60,966 nt of DNA from positions 1 to 60,966 of the forward strand of contig NW_021832397.1 in assembly GCF_006345805.1 (NCBI RefSeq), in the 5' to 3' direction. Position 1 is the first letter of the stretch; each line of letters opens with the position of its first letter. A program made the position numbers and the translations under genes. This stretch comes from Octopus sinensis. Its lineage: Eukaryota. The notes under the pieces were generated by a model. That model was given only the letters and a program-made list of their open reading frames with translations, was not told the DNA's origin and did not search any database. This document shows, piece by piece, positions 27,127 through 41,342 of the stretch.

Positions 27127-29649
27127 AAATACAAACTAGAAAGTAAAAAGGCCGAAGAGACAAAATCAATAGAAAATGTTAGAAATAAGAGACAAAAGTA
27201 CCAAAAAGAATACCAGAATATAGTTAAGAAAAACGGTGAGAAAAACCATTCCATAGCCAATACTCCGCAAAACTTGTCAGAAAGTGAGCCAGAATAAAAT
27301 TCAACAACGTCTTAAACGCTCTGGGCGAAAAGCAAAAGCAGGAGATCTGATTTTACCTGTTCAGATGAATGGGGAACCACATATAACTGCAAAAATAAAG
27401 TAATGGTTAAAAAACATTAGCATCGAGTGAAGAGTGTGCGATGAGACAACTGACCATTCCATCTTCGGCTGTCTCATTCTTGTCAAGTTCAAGGAGATTC
27501 ACAAACATGAACAAGTCAGCAACCAATACTAGCTGCTGCTAAGCAATATTCTGACAATTCGACGTGAAAATGAATAGGGAGTGGTATAAATGTATATCAA
27601 ACATGGTGTATGAAATGATATGGACACATTCATCCAGACCAACAAGCAAATTAAAACAAACTACATAATTATAATTATCAAGGATTGAAAATAGCTGGTC
27701 GGTATGGACCAAATCATCAGCCAAAAGAAAGTGGAGAAGCTGTCAGATTGCAACCAGCATAAATCAAATCAACTTGATTTATGCTGGTTGCACAACAGAA
27801 CAACGAAACAGAAGATTCAAGCGGTTTAAGTATGACGTCAGCCACAATAACGGTACTTCGACGGAATTTGCTGAATATTTAAATCAATCGTCCGTAACTT
27901 TGATGAACATCTGAACATGTTCTGACTCTACGGCAATTTCAGGCCTCAAAACATATGAAGATGAATATATTTATGGATTACTAACGTCTCGTCCTGGAGG
28001 AATGAACAAATTGACAGAAGTCCATCACAATTTACACAAAACTTTTCGACTAAGTGTTCTTTTTCCTGTTTTCTTTTCTCTTTTTCCCCCTTTTCTTTTT
28101 TTTTCTCGTTGCCAGTTATGAAGAAGCAAAAAAAAAAAAAAAACTGATGCCAGCGATTTGCATAAAATGGATTGCATGATATTCCCGTTCATATTTTGAA
28201 ATCCTGTATTTCTGCTTTTTTTTTTCATTTTTTTTTCATTTTGAACGCAGGGAAATCAGTTATACTGTCGGAATATTGTTCAATTCATTAAACGAAGTCA
28301 ATCTCTATTTATTACTAATCGTATAACGCTCTTCTCGTTGCTTATTTACCTTCGTGAAGAATTACATCAATCTTAATAATAATAATTCTTTCTACTGGAG
28401 GCACAAGGCCTCATATTTATGGGGAAGGGGACAGTCGATTACATCGACCCCAGTGTTTCACTGGTACTTAATTTATCGACCCCGAAAGGATGAAAGGCAA
28501 AGTCGACCTCGGCGGAATTTGAACTCAAAATGCAAGAACAGGCGAAATATCGCTAAGCGCTTCGACCGGTTTGCTAACGATTCTGCCTGATCGCCGCCTT
28601 AATAATAATCATAGGAAAGTGTTTATCATCGTCATAACTAGAACGATAAACAACTACTTCTACAAATACATTGATAGATTACCTTTGAAGATGGACATGG
28701 GCACGTTCCAGAAAACAGCAATATCATCATTCGTAAACATTGTTACGGCATTCTTTCTCAGTATTTGTTTCTGGAATATCTTTGACCTTGAACTTCCTTG
28801 TTAACGTCGCTCAACTTTATGCCTGTTTTCTGTTGAACATGTGGTAGAGTTTTAATACCATTCGTTAACTTTGGAAAATGTTAAAACGGTTAACACATCC
28901 ATTGATATAAGTCTTAATTAAAGATGTGTCCGAAAGCAAATCCAGCTATAAATAATAGCTGATTATACAGTGAGATAAACTCACCCGCTGGATGGAAGAA
29001 CAAAAGGCGAAAAAAACAAAAACAAAGAAAGCTGCTTGCAGAGATCGAACCGCGCAACTTCTGCTGCCCCGGTAGACATGCCACTGCTTAAACTCTAGCG
29101 TCTACCGTCCATCAAATTAAACGCTTTAACCTTACGAACGAGAAAATTTGTTTACATTTAGACCACAAATGTAGAAGCCTCGAGAAATATGCCAATAGAT
29201 CTATAAAGACGTATTTCTCGATGCTTCTACATTACAAATGTAAACCTTTGTTTTTCTATGAACAGTTTCGTTAACATTGAACGCTTCGGTAAACGTTTCC
29301 CATTGAACAAGTCTTTGACAGTTGTCTGTTTCTTTTCCGTTTAACGTTTTCCTTAACCTTGAATGTCCGTGTTAAACATAAACATGTTTTATGCTGGTTT
29401 TCCAAGATGACTCCAGAAAAGAAACTCTTCGTGTAATTAGCAAACCATGAATAATAAATATAATAATGAAATTTTTTCTTTGTTTTTATTTTATTTATTT
29501 TCTTGTAGTGTATAATGGGTTCTTTATTGGCAACAGAAGAGAAATTACAAGAAAAGTTTTGCATTGTGCATAGCAAACAGGCTTGAATAGGACAACAATA
29601 AAATATAATTAAGATGATGATGGTGATGACGACGATGATAATAATAATC

Positions 29650-29687
<38 letters not shown>

Positions 29688-29741
29688 GTAATAATAATAA
29701 CAATAATATTGATAATAATAATAATAATATTGATAATAATG

Positions 29742-29820
<79 letters not shown>

Positions 29821-32736
29821 TATAGTGGTAAAAGTTAGAGGAAGAAAAAGAAGTTGAGGAGAATGAGGCGGAAAAGAATGAAAAGATGAAAAATAAGGAA
29901 GAGAAGGGGGAGGAGGAAGAAGAGCAAGAGGGAGAAGAAGAAGAGAAAGAGGAAGAAGGAAGAGCAGGAGGAAGAAGGAGGAGAAGAGAAAGAGGTGGAA
30001 GAGGAAGGAGAAGAGAAAGAAGAGGAGCACGAGGAAGAAGAGGAGAAAGAAGAGGAGGAGGAAGAAGAAGAGGAAAAAGAAGAAGAGGAGGCGAAAGAAG
30101 GGGATAAAGAAGAAAGAAAGAAGAAGAAGAAGAAGAAGAAGAAGAAGAAGAAGAAGAAGAAGAAGAAGAAGAAGAAGAAGAAGAAGAAGAAGAGAACGAG
30201 GAAGATGGATAGAAGAAATCAATAACGGAAACACAGAACTGGCAAAAAGAGAGACAAAAACAACCAAAATGCAACGAAAGAAAAAAAACAAAGTCGGCAT
30301 CAAAAACCGCCTAAAACCAGAAATGTTCGCTAAGTGACAAAGAACCCGTCGTTCTGAATAAAGAAAAAAGTTTATTAAACTCGATATATTTTTATCAAGA
30401 ACTAAATAAAACTAAAACTGAAATCAATGTAATATAAACAACAAAAGACGAAGAATTTAAAGATGGAGAAGAGAACAATTAAAACAACGGGTCCAACTGA
30501 ACAGTGGTGAGGAGTCATATCGGCTCTAAGAAGTAACACTGGCGCCATTAAAACGAACAGCTGGAAGCTAAAGATGAAAAGTCCTGGTTGAAATACTTAA
30601 CAGGCACACAGAAAGGGCTTGTGAAAATATTTAATGATTAACTGAAAGAACTGAAAAAAATTAACCGAAGGTAGGACTATCTGAATCCCAAAGATTGGAG
30701 AAATAACGAACGCCAAAAATATACAGGCTCGTAAAAAAATGCTTGTTCAAAATAAAGCCATTAACTGCTATAATATCGCAGAAGATACATACTGCCATGA
30801 AACATTAAGTATCTATTTTGTATACTGTTTATATTAGCCGGACTGATGTCCTCATCTTGATTGTTGCTCTCACTACCTTTCGGCTATTATACGCTCCAAC
30901 CTTCTTTAGGGGTCTTGCCTTGAACTTGGTTGTTGCATCACGAGACGCAAAGAGCGAAGTGAGAACAGTGTAACCGCATGGATGAAATAAAGAGTTAGTT
31001 TCGAATTTCTGATACAACAACCGAATTCATCATAAGACACCTGAAGACGACTGGAGCCCACAACAGCCGAAATAGTTAAGCAATAAACAAGATAAGAACA
31101 CCAGTCAGACTGATATAAATAGTATAAGAAGGAATAGGGGGCTGAGCATGGACTGGTCTGATTACCTGAAGTCTTTTTAACAGTACTCGCCACGCATGAG
31201 CAGGAACAATTAAAATGAATTCATTGGAAGAAAAATATTCGAAGGGAACTCTTTTCCACATCTTTGTTATCTAGTTTTAAAAACATGCTAAAGCAGATTA
31301 GACACCAATACAAATGTTATGAGAGGACAATCAACCATTCTTGTATATGGATTATATTGGGCAGTGTATAGATACAGTAGAGAGACTAACAGGAAATTCG
31401 GCTTTAGAAAATACATCAAGACAACCTGGAAGAGAAGAACATTAATAAAAACTACTTAAGGAAATATAGATAATAAGAATTTAAAAAATACTTAAGGATT
31501 AATGAACTAATTAGAACACGGTCAAAACACTTAGGAAGATTATAGATAAATTAAATTAATATTTAAAACGAAGCCAAATGCCAAAAAATATGGTAAGATG
31601 TGTAGATTGATTCTCTAGTATTAAGTTACACCTGGAAGCTAGGGCTAGACTGAAAAAACACTGATTATATCGTTTAGAATGTACTTAAAGGATATTCTAC
31701 TCAAAAGTCGAGACAAAAAGAATATATTTACGGCGAATAGAAGATATGGGTGTTGGGAAACGAGAAAATTTGTATAAAATATCTATTGCAAGACTACGAA
31801 AATATTTAGTAAACATTAAAAGAAATTTAGACGTTTGCGTAAGTTTCCTTTCAATTGCTATAAAAAAATGAACAAAGCAAATAAAAGTCTTTAAAGAAAC
31901 CAACGAATACGAGGTGCGTTCAAGAAGTATCCGACTTCATTTATTCCTGCCAAGACTAATGCCGTGTGGGCAAAATCCTTTAGATGAAAAGTGACGCCAT
32001 CTTTCCTGCACACGCGTGAAAATTTTCGTGCCGGTAGGCTACATCATTTCTCGGCTGTTGCATTTAGAGTACAACGTGTAATGTGGATACTTTTTTGAAC
32101 GCATCTCTTACAATATAAAAGCTAAGATACCAGTGAGACGTTGGGGGAAAAGAGAAACAACAAAGCTTACGGTAAAGCTAAATGCTAAGCTACAAATTGG
32201 GTTACAGTACACCATGGTAAGAAATTTGCAGGTAAAGTCCTTCCTTAAATACTGAACAAGGCTGAAGAAAGTGGAAATAGATGAAGAAAAATTGCAACGA
32301 AATCGAATATAAAAGCAAAATCGTTTCATAGATGAGGGTCGGAAGGAAACAAGTATGATGTTTCTAGTTGCCAAGGTTTAATCAAGAAGACACGCATACG
32401 CTGGAATGAGTGAGTTGGATATTTCGGGAACTGGGAATTATACCATCATTATGAAATACAAAAGGGCGAGGTCGGTCAATTGAAACAAACAAAAAAAGAT
32501 TAAGACAAAATGACCGTCACGATATTTTCAAAGACTACCAAGGAAAGACATCTTTCCCAACGGTTGTAACAAATTCAACAGACAACAATATATTTCTAAA
32601 AATGGAGAAATTACCCAAATATAATGTGGAAATAGAAACCAGAAAGCGATCTCCATAATAACAGATGCCTTTGGGAATGAGAACAATAAGGATGTATATA
32701 CTATATAATATTATATATATATATATATATAATATA

Positions 32737-32783
<47 letters not shown>

Positions 32784-33837
32784 CTATATATATATAATAT
32801 ACCTATATATAATCAACATCCTTGAACATAAGCATGCACACAACATACAATAAACATTGTAAACACGTATCACATAGAATAGTTTACATACAATAACGAA
32901 CACAAAAACGACACAAAAACGTTTGACATACTCTAGTGACACAGAAATGATTGTGCAAGAAGAAGAAGCACAGTAAACAGCAAGACTAACGGGAAAAAGT
33001 AATTATAAAAACAAAGAAACAAAAAAAAAGTGAGCATTTAAAAAAAAATAATAATAATCAGATTTGTGGAGTTGCGGAGGTTGAAAAATGAAGGCGTGGA
33101 GAAATTGCTAGGAGACATATTTAATGAGTTATGAACCACGACTAACTGGTGAGTTATCATATATTTTATATTATATCACATGATAGTATATCTTTTATGT
33201 ATATATATATATATATATTATATATATATATATATATATATGAATGTGAATATTGTATGTTAATATATGCCGACCATTAATTGAGCAAGTTTCTCGTTTG
33301 ATTATAAAATGAAGGATCTTATTTTTTTTTATATATTCCCTATTGGTAAATGTGTATCGAACACGTCCACGAGGGTTGTATGAGTTCATTTCTCATCGCC
33401 ATAATATTACATATATATATGTGTGTGCGTGTGTGTGTGTGTGTGTGTGGTGTGTGTGTGTGTGTGTGTATTCGAAAACTTGATTGCCTTTTGATCACAG
33501 TACAACTGATAGTTTCATTGTAATCGGTTCTTCAAGTAATCATTTTAATCTGTCTATCTTAAGTATTCTCTTCTGTTAAGTCTATTTCCATCTCAAGCAC
33601 CATGGTTAAATTGCGGGTGTGATATCTTTGCAGTTTATTATTTCCCCCACCATTTTTTTTTGAGATACGAACGATCAGTATCAACCGAAAGGCAAGATAT
33701 CAAACAAAAAAAAAAGAAAAAAGAAACAAAACTTTCAGAATACTAAAACAGAGAATATGAGTTTCGTTTGCTGGTTGAGCTGAAGTGACAGATATTATAT
33801 ATAATATATAATTATATATATAATATATAATATATAT

Positions 33838-33879
<42 letters not shown>

Positions 33880-33883
33880 TATT

Positions 33884-33915
<32 letters not shown>

Positions 33916-36900
33916 TATAATATATGAGGGTGGTGGTGGACCCTGCTGTACTCTTTCACCACATCTTTCTCTCACTATTTCTTCTTGTTTCTGTTGTACT
34001 TGTATTTTAAAGGGCCAGCCTCGTCACGCTGAATCTCCCCAAGAACTACGTTAAAGATACACGTGTCCGTGGAGTGCTCAGCCACTTGCACGTTAATTTC
34101 TCGAGGAGGCTGTTCCGTTGATTGGATCAACTGGAACCCTCGGAGTGCCACGATACAACGTTGGTGTAAGATAGTGTGAAATCCTTTTTTCATACAACGC
34201 AGAGTAAATATGATGAACAATGCAACATATTAATATCAATCAAATTAAACGTTTAAAATAGGGACGAAAGTAAAGTATAGTGCCTCCTCTCGGCTAGATA
34301 TTATTCTTACACCATTCAATTGTTACAGTGTTTCCGTACATCGGCTGTCAGATATTTACAGAGTTATAGGAATATTCGCGTGTAAACTCACTAGACGAGG
34401 TAAGCGAATGTATAAAGTAGGACACGCGTATAGTTTATTATTTCAATTTCTTTTCTTGGAAGAATGAAAGTAGACAAAATAAAAAAAAATTCTTGAAGAA
34501 CCACTAACACTGTGGATATTTTTTTTTACTTTATCGTTGTCTCAGCAATCAAGGTATAAGTGTGAATTAAAATAATTACCTGAAGAACTGATTTCAATGA
34601 AGCTACTAGTTGTAATATATCGAAGAAAAATTTCAGAGAAATATTTATAGCTGTAATGTGATCAAAAATTTTGAATAAAGTTCTTTGACACTTGGAGAAG
34701 GTTTTCTGTTGATTAACATTATTTTCCTAATACACACTCAGACATGTATATGTGTAACTGTGGCCTCTAAACCACACACTGATTGGTCAAAATACAGTTC
34801 GTAAGATTCAGCCTGCTGGAGCCCATCGGAATGTATTTAAAGGAGAAATCTAACCATTTCAAGACAATTGTCAATTGTAGAACACGACTGTCACTACATT
34901 AGCCTTATGATTCTTTTCTACTTTAGGCACAAGGCCCGAATTTTTGGAGAGGGGGCCAGCCGATTAGATCGACTCCAGTAGGCAACTGGTACTTAATTTA
35001 TTGACCCCGAAAGGATGAGAGGTAAAGTCGACCTCGGCGGAATTTGAACTCAGAACGTAGCGGCAGACGAAATACCTATTTCTTTACTACCCACTAGGGG
35101 CTAAACACAGAGGGGCGAAACAAGGATAGACAAACGGATTAAGTTGATTATATCGACCCCAGTGCGTAACTGGTACTTAATTTATCGACCCCGAAAGGAT
35201 GAAAAGCAAAGTCGACCTCGGCGGAATTTGAACTCAGAACGTAACGGCAGACGAAATACGGCTACGCATTTCGCCCGAAGCGCTAACGTTTCTGCCAGCT
35301 CGCCGCCTTCGTCACTAAATATGTCACAGTAAATACTAAAGAATTGGCGAACGAAATACAGCACATCCATTCGTACATAATTTTCTAAATGACTCTAAAT
35401 ATCAAGAATAGGTCCCAGCTTGCCATCCCACTCACTAGGCTCTAAACCTGTCTACAACCTGTATAGAATTAATATCAGAGAATCTCTTCACGAAGTTGCT
35501 ATGACCGCACAACTTTTAGTCAAAGACGCTCCTTCCAAGCATGACCATCTGTATAGAATATTTACATTTTTATTATTCATGAGTCTTTCTTGTTTTATGA
35601 TAGTAGTATAAGGTTTGAAGGCGATTTGGTTGCTATTTCTAGAAACACCCTTCGTCTCATTGATATAAAATGATATATTAACAAAATCAATGCCATATAC
35701 CAAGAATATTTTTATCTTGTATTTTCTTTTTCCAATTCGTGTGGCCTACATCTAAATTTCCTACAAAATACTGATAAACTTCTACAATTAAACATTCTAC
35801 TTACTTCAACTGAAATGAAGACAGCTGCCATACTTTTGACAGCTGCCTTGTTTAAAGTTGAAAGATTTCTTATTTTTCAAGACACTAGTTTTCTGAATGA
35901 AATTATCTCATTCTTTGCTTTTTCTTTTCCTTTTAATACTTCTTTTGTTCTTTTATGTTTATCCGTTCTTCTAACCGAAGAGATACCAAAAAGGGATGCC
36001 GTCGTCAGAAAAGAAATATGCACTTCTGTCTTGAGTTCAAAACCTCGACCTATTTTATGTACTTCGCTTTTTCTCTACGTTGGGAAAAGTTACAATATCT
36101 GGGGAAATCATCTGCAAAAGACTTGCATCCTATCAAAGATATACTTTTATCAGTTTACCTGTTTAAAATTGAATAATTGCGGGGCAAACTTCTTAACATG
36201 CCCTATTACAGACGTGCTGTTTCCTTTCTCTCTCTCTCTCTGCTTTTTCTGACGCTACTTCAGTAGTCTACGTTCCTCATATCTGAATGTTCCAGCCAAG
36301 CATTCCACACTTACTGGTTACCCATAATTTCCTTATCCTTAGTATGTCTCCAAACCACGAGGTCCCACTCAATGTCCAGTCCATTCTATCAACGTCAATC
36401 TGTCTAGATTTCTCTTCATGCAAATGGCTTTCTTCCTTCAGAAATCGCCTGTATACAACAGTTCAAGTATAAAACCTTAACGACATCGTTTTTCTCGGTC
36501 TTGGAGGCTCTGGGAAGGCTATGAACACATCCCCTGCTAAATTAAACACGTAGCTCCTTCTTCTAAACCAGACTAAAGAGTTAATTTGTGGTCCTTATGA
36601 ATATTTCGGAGCACTTAAGACATAAAAACTAAGTTGTTAGATTGAATATTGTTTTTCTTTTGCTATCATACAAGATTTTTCTCTGTGTGTTGTTGATTGA
36701 CCTACTTGCTGTAGATTAATATATATTCATAGAAACTACATGTTAGCAGAATATACTGGAAGCCAGATAAAAAGAAAATGTTGTACAAATAATAATAAAT
36801 CTCTGAACGAGGTATAGACAGTAGCTGCACGACAATGTGAAGTATATTTGCCACCTAAATGTGGCTAACCACTAAGGGTGGCTACTACTGTAGCTTCTAG

Positions 36901-39146
36901 CCCCAGGAGAACCTCTTCTCCAGCTGGCTCTTGACACACTTTCTGTGTCCTATCAGTATTTGCAAAGGGAAGCCATCCTTCCCATCGTCGACCTGACGTG
37001 ATACGCACGGACCCGGGTTTCTGGATATTCACGTAGTACAAATAAGAATCAAAGATCTAGTTAATGATAATCAGAGTGCACTTCGATATTCATTGCCGTT
37101 TCAGCAGCATGGTTCGAACATAGAACAACATATATATGTGTGTGTGTACATAGTAAAATGGTTAGAAGATCCTTTGAGTCGCTAAGATATGTGAGAAAAA
37201 AAGACAGTAAAGTTCGTGAAAGAAACGTAGAAACTTGCTCAATGAATGGTTTTTATAATATTTTAAATAATTATCTGAAAATGAAATTCTTGAGAGGCAA
37301 TCCCGTTTTAATACGCGAACATTACTGGTTTAGTTTATTTTTCTTCGATAAGAATAGTTTGTTGGTAGTTGTTGAACAGTTCTCACTCCAAAACTCCCAA
37401 ATGACATTCAACAATTCAAACAAAAACACCAACCATACCAGTCTCACCTCGTCATCACATTCTTCTGCTCCAGAAGGGCTTCCATAGACTATAGACCGAG
37501 CGCCCTTCCTCTTTGGAACAGCACATGAACACCTCTCGTCCTGTTATTCATCTGCAACGGAAGAAGTCTTAACACAAGTTAATTTTCCCTTTTTAAATGC
37601 AGCAGGCTATTTCGAGTGACCTTTTCTCTTTTTGCAGAAAACAACAGAACAGAATGAGAGTTGATGACACGTATCGACGAACGTGCAGCAGTCTACAGGT
37701 CGTCACCACCGTGGAGAGGTACTTCAATGTTTTGTAGAATCACTGCGATTAGAACCAGATGTATCACTGCCGATGTCCAACTGGAGTCTCCCTCTGAACC
37801 AGTCTCCTTGACTTTACAAAGATCTCATCACTTACCTTATGACACTGAACTTACCTTCATTAAGAAGCAAAGTGTTAATCGTTAATAAAATTGATGTTGC
37901 CAAAATAACATTTTATTCAGATTTCACCTGAGAGCTAACTCTAATTCTCGATATAGGGATTTGTAGTGGCTGTTGTATAGACCCAGGTCTGTTCTAATTG
38001 CGCAGGCCTATGACTAAAGACAGTCTAGTTATGACCATACTATCTTATTCACTTATTCACACAATAGTGTATCCACACAACAGTGTATTATGCAAACTGT
38101 CCTTCCCCTTTCAAGTAGATAGGGTGTGGTCTGAGGGGGATTTGGCTGTTATTTCTACCAGGTCAATCGGCGACACAAAGTTCTTCCCCAATAATAAGAA
38201 CAAATTTAAGGTATTTAGGTTTTGTTAGTTATCTCTGATCGAATTAATATATGACCAAATGCGTCACAACTTTGACTATTCCTTAATTTACCGTAAATAG
38301 GACAACAGTATGTAATCAGTCTTTCGTTCATCGAAGATGATACGAAATAATTTGAGGGAGATTTGGCTATTATTTCTAAAATGTCAAATGATAATGTAGA
38401 GTCTCTCTTGATTTTCGATCGAGCCGCAAGTTATTTGACAATGGTGTTAGTCTCAAGATGAGCAATCCCAGTTATTCAGGATCTTTGTAATATTACAGAA
38501 GTTTAACCGACGAAATACAAACCTAGAAATTGGCGTATCCCGCCCAAGTACATAAAGATTTTGTCTTCGGACCTATATTTTGTAGTTCAATAAATTTCGG
38601 TTATGAGATCGTTGTCATAAAGGGAATTTCCAAGTGGTATGCCATAAAGCAACCGAGATTTCGTTACACCCTTACAACAAATCAAGTGGATAAGAAGCTT
38701 CTTTCTTGCAAATGATATTATCAGAGAACTTGCCAATTGTTTTAGCACAACTAAGAAACTAAGGCAAGTTGAGTAATTCTTTCAAAGATTTATATGGATC
38801 AATATTTTATTTGCTGATGTTTTATTCAAATTTTCTTGGTCTAGGACTTATTTTCCCATGTCTGCGAGTAGTTTTAAGCCCCAACATTGGATAGCGGATA
38901 GAATATTGAAGATTTTTCCCCAAGAAAAACCGGGTATCAGCTATTTATGACAACCAGCTTATAAAACATGAATGCCGGAAATACTCAATGCAAAATGTGA
39001 GTGAGTCGTCCAAATATTCAAAGGAGAGTCTTCAACGGATTCCAAAATAGGACCCATATTCTCTCGTAGGTTCAATAACTTATCCATTTCGTTACTACAC
39101 ATCATAAATTACTATATATATATAGATATATATATATATTATATAT

Positions 39147-39196
<50 letters not shown>

Positions 39197-39796
39197 AAAA
39201 TATCGTGGGTAAGGCCAAAACAATGCGAAGTAAATGCAAGGTAAATCACAAGAAAAAAAATATGTGAATTAATGTAGACTACCTTGTATTCATATTTCGG
39301 GGTTATGACCCATATTCAAGAAACTGACGAATGTTACCGATGTGCGCAAATCGGTAACATTCGTCAGTTTCTTGAATATGGGTCATAACCCGAAATATTG
39401 AATACAAGGTAAGTCTACATTAATTCACATATTTGTTTTCTTGTGATTTACCTTGCATTTACTTCGCATTGTTTTGGCCTTACTCACGATATTTTATACA
39501 ATATACTCTACACAATGTTTCACTGTAATTATTCCATTATAATATATATATATATATATACACACATACACACTATAGTATTGTACAGTAAGAATAAGTT
39601 CTCAGCATCACATTTGATAAATGTTCTTCATTTATGTATTAACAATGCTACCAATAGTTACATGTGAGAGTATTTCCACAATTTTCAAACTCGAAAATTG
39701 TGGAAATTCTACCCACGGGAAACCATTGGCAGCTTTGTTAGTCTACAACAAAAGTATAGATGTGTGCCTCTCTCTGTGTGTGTATATATATATATG

Positions 39797-39851
<55 letters not shown>

Positions 39852-39901
39852 GATATATATATATAGTAGATATATATATAGATGTATAATATATATATAT
39901 G

Positions 39902-39939
<38 letters not shown>

Positions 39940-39940
39940 C

Positions 39941-39986
<46 letters not shown>

Positions 39987-40857
39987 ATACAAAGCGGTTG
40001 TACACGATGTACGATCATTGCTAGAAATAGCAGCCGGTAAGCTATCAGCACTGTGTAGAGCTTCACTGAATGTTTAGAGACAGAGATGTTTGCGGGCGGT
40101 GAATATAGAAAAATTCTGTCTGACCTCTAGGGAGACCGTTAGATGAATGAAGGATAATTCAATACTGCAGTTTCAAACTCTTCGGATCACGTGCGTGAGC
40201 ACGAATCCGATTGGTTGTCTTAATTTGAATCTGCCACTGCCACCCAAATTTTAAAATATCCACTACATCTCTGCCCGTTTACTCGGCTGAAATCTCCAGT
40301 GAAAATCAGAACCAAGATCAGTGAAAAGATATACAGATATACATCTTTCCATAAGTTTTTACACCGGTCATATTTTACACCGGTGCTGATTTCTTACTAC
40401 ATATCATAACTATCATTTACTAGACCTATTTTCTTTAATCTTAATCGCATCCTATCTTATGGAGCTTACTACAGTTTATATACTCTGCTTATGTTAAAAT
40501 GATAATACATGAAATATCAGTTTTCTGTACTTCCTGTATCATAACTTAAACTATATCACTGCAGTTTTATGATTTACCATAGTCTTCTGCAGTGCTTTTT
40601 CTATACTTTCTACAACCCAAAAGCAATATATATTACAATCATTATACAACAATATAATGAAAATCTACAATTGGAAATCAACAACAACAATAAATTCAAC
40701 ATTAATAGTCAACACAAAGAAAAGTTACGAAATCTGAAAGTTGATATTGTCATGTAGAAAAATGAAACATGAACAGTATGAGGAACAACGATAGATAAAA
40801 ATAATAATAATAATAATAATAATGATAATAATAATAATGATAATAATAATAATGATG

Positions 40858-40899
<42 letters not shown>

Positions 40900-41193
40900 T
40901 AATAATAACTATTATTATTATTATTATTTAAATTTTTTTTGCCACAAGGGCAGCTTCAGGGAAAGTGGGGATGTGTCGATTACATCGACTCCAGTGTTGA
41001 ACTGGTACTTATTTTATCGACCCCGAGAGGATGAAAGGCAAAGTCGACCTCGGCGGAATTCGAACTCAGAACGTAAAGACTGCCGAAATAGCGCTAAGCA
41101 TTTCGCCCGGCGTGTTAACTTTTCTGCCAGCTCGCCGCCTTAATAATAATGATAATAGTAACAACAACAGTAATAATACTAAAATTAATAAGA

Positions 41194-41230
<37 letters not shown>

Positions 41231-41302
41231 TACTAATAATAATAATAATAATAAAAATAGTAATAATAATAATAATAATAGTGATAATAATAATAATACT
41301 AA

Positions 41303-41342
<40 letters not shown>

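Larger units (their letters stand above)
24890..27760 (+). mobile_element. Heavily decayed long R4/Dong-clade copy interrupted by SINEs and microsatellites
   Basis: Collinear remnants: [13 protein letters not shown] (RT region), GKTRKL...KADINRFY (post-RT), [20 protein letters not shown]...HKHEQV (CCHC region), IQTNKQI (RLE region). Confidence 0.6.
30450..32690 (+). mobile_element. Decayed R4/Dong-clade copy with nested insertions
   Basis: Remnants such as [47 protein letters not shown] and [12 protein letters not shown] in expected order. Confidence 0.5.

Noticed and set aside
27800-28030. Coding-looking unique stretch with a good minus-strand acceptor
   Set aside because: Stops in all useful frames and no family match.
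29545-30303. 252-aa and 221-aa ORFs, plus all [12 protein letters not shown] and THTH ORFs in the track
   Set aside because: Translations of (AAT)n, (GAA)n, (TA)n, (CA)n and (TACA)n microsatellites.
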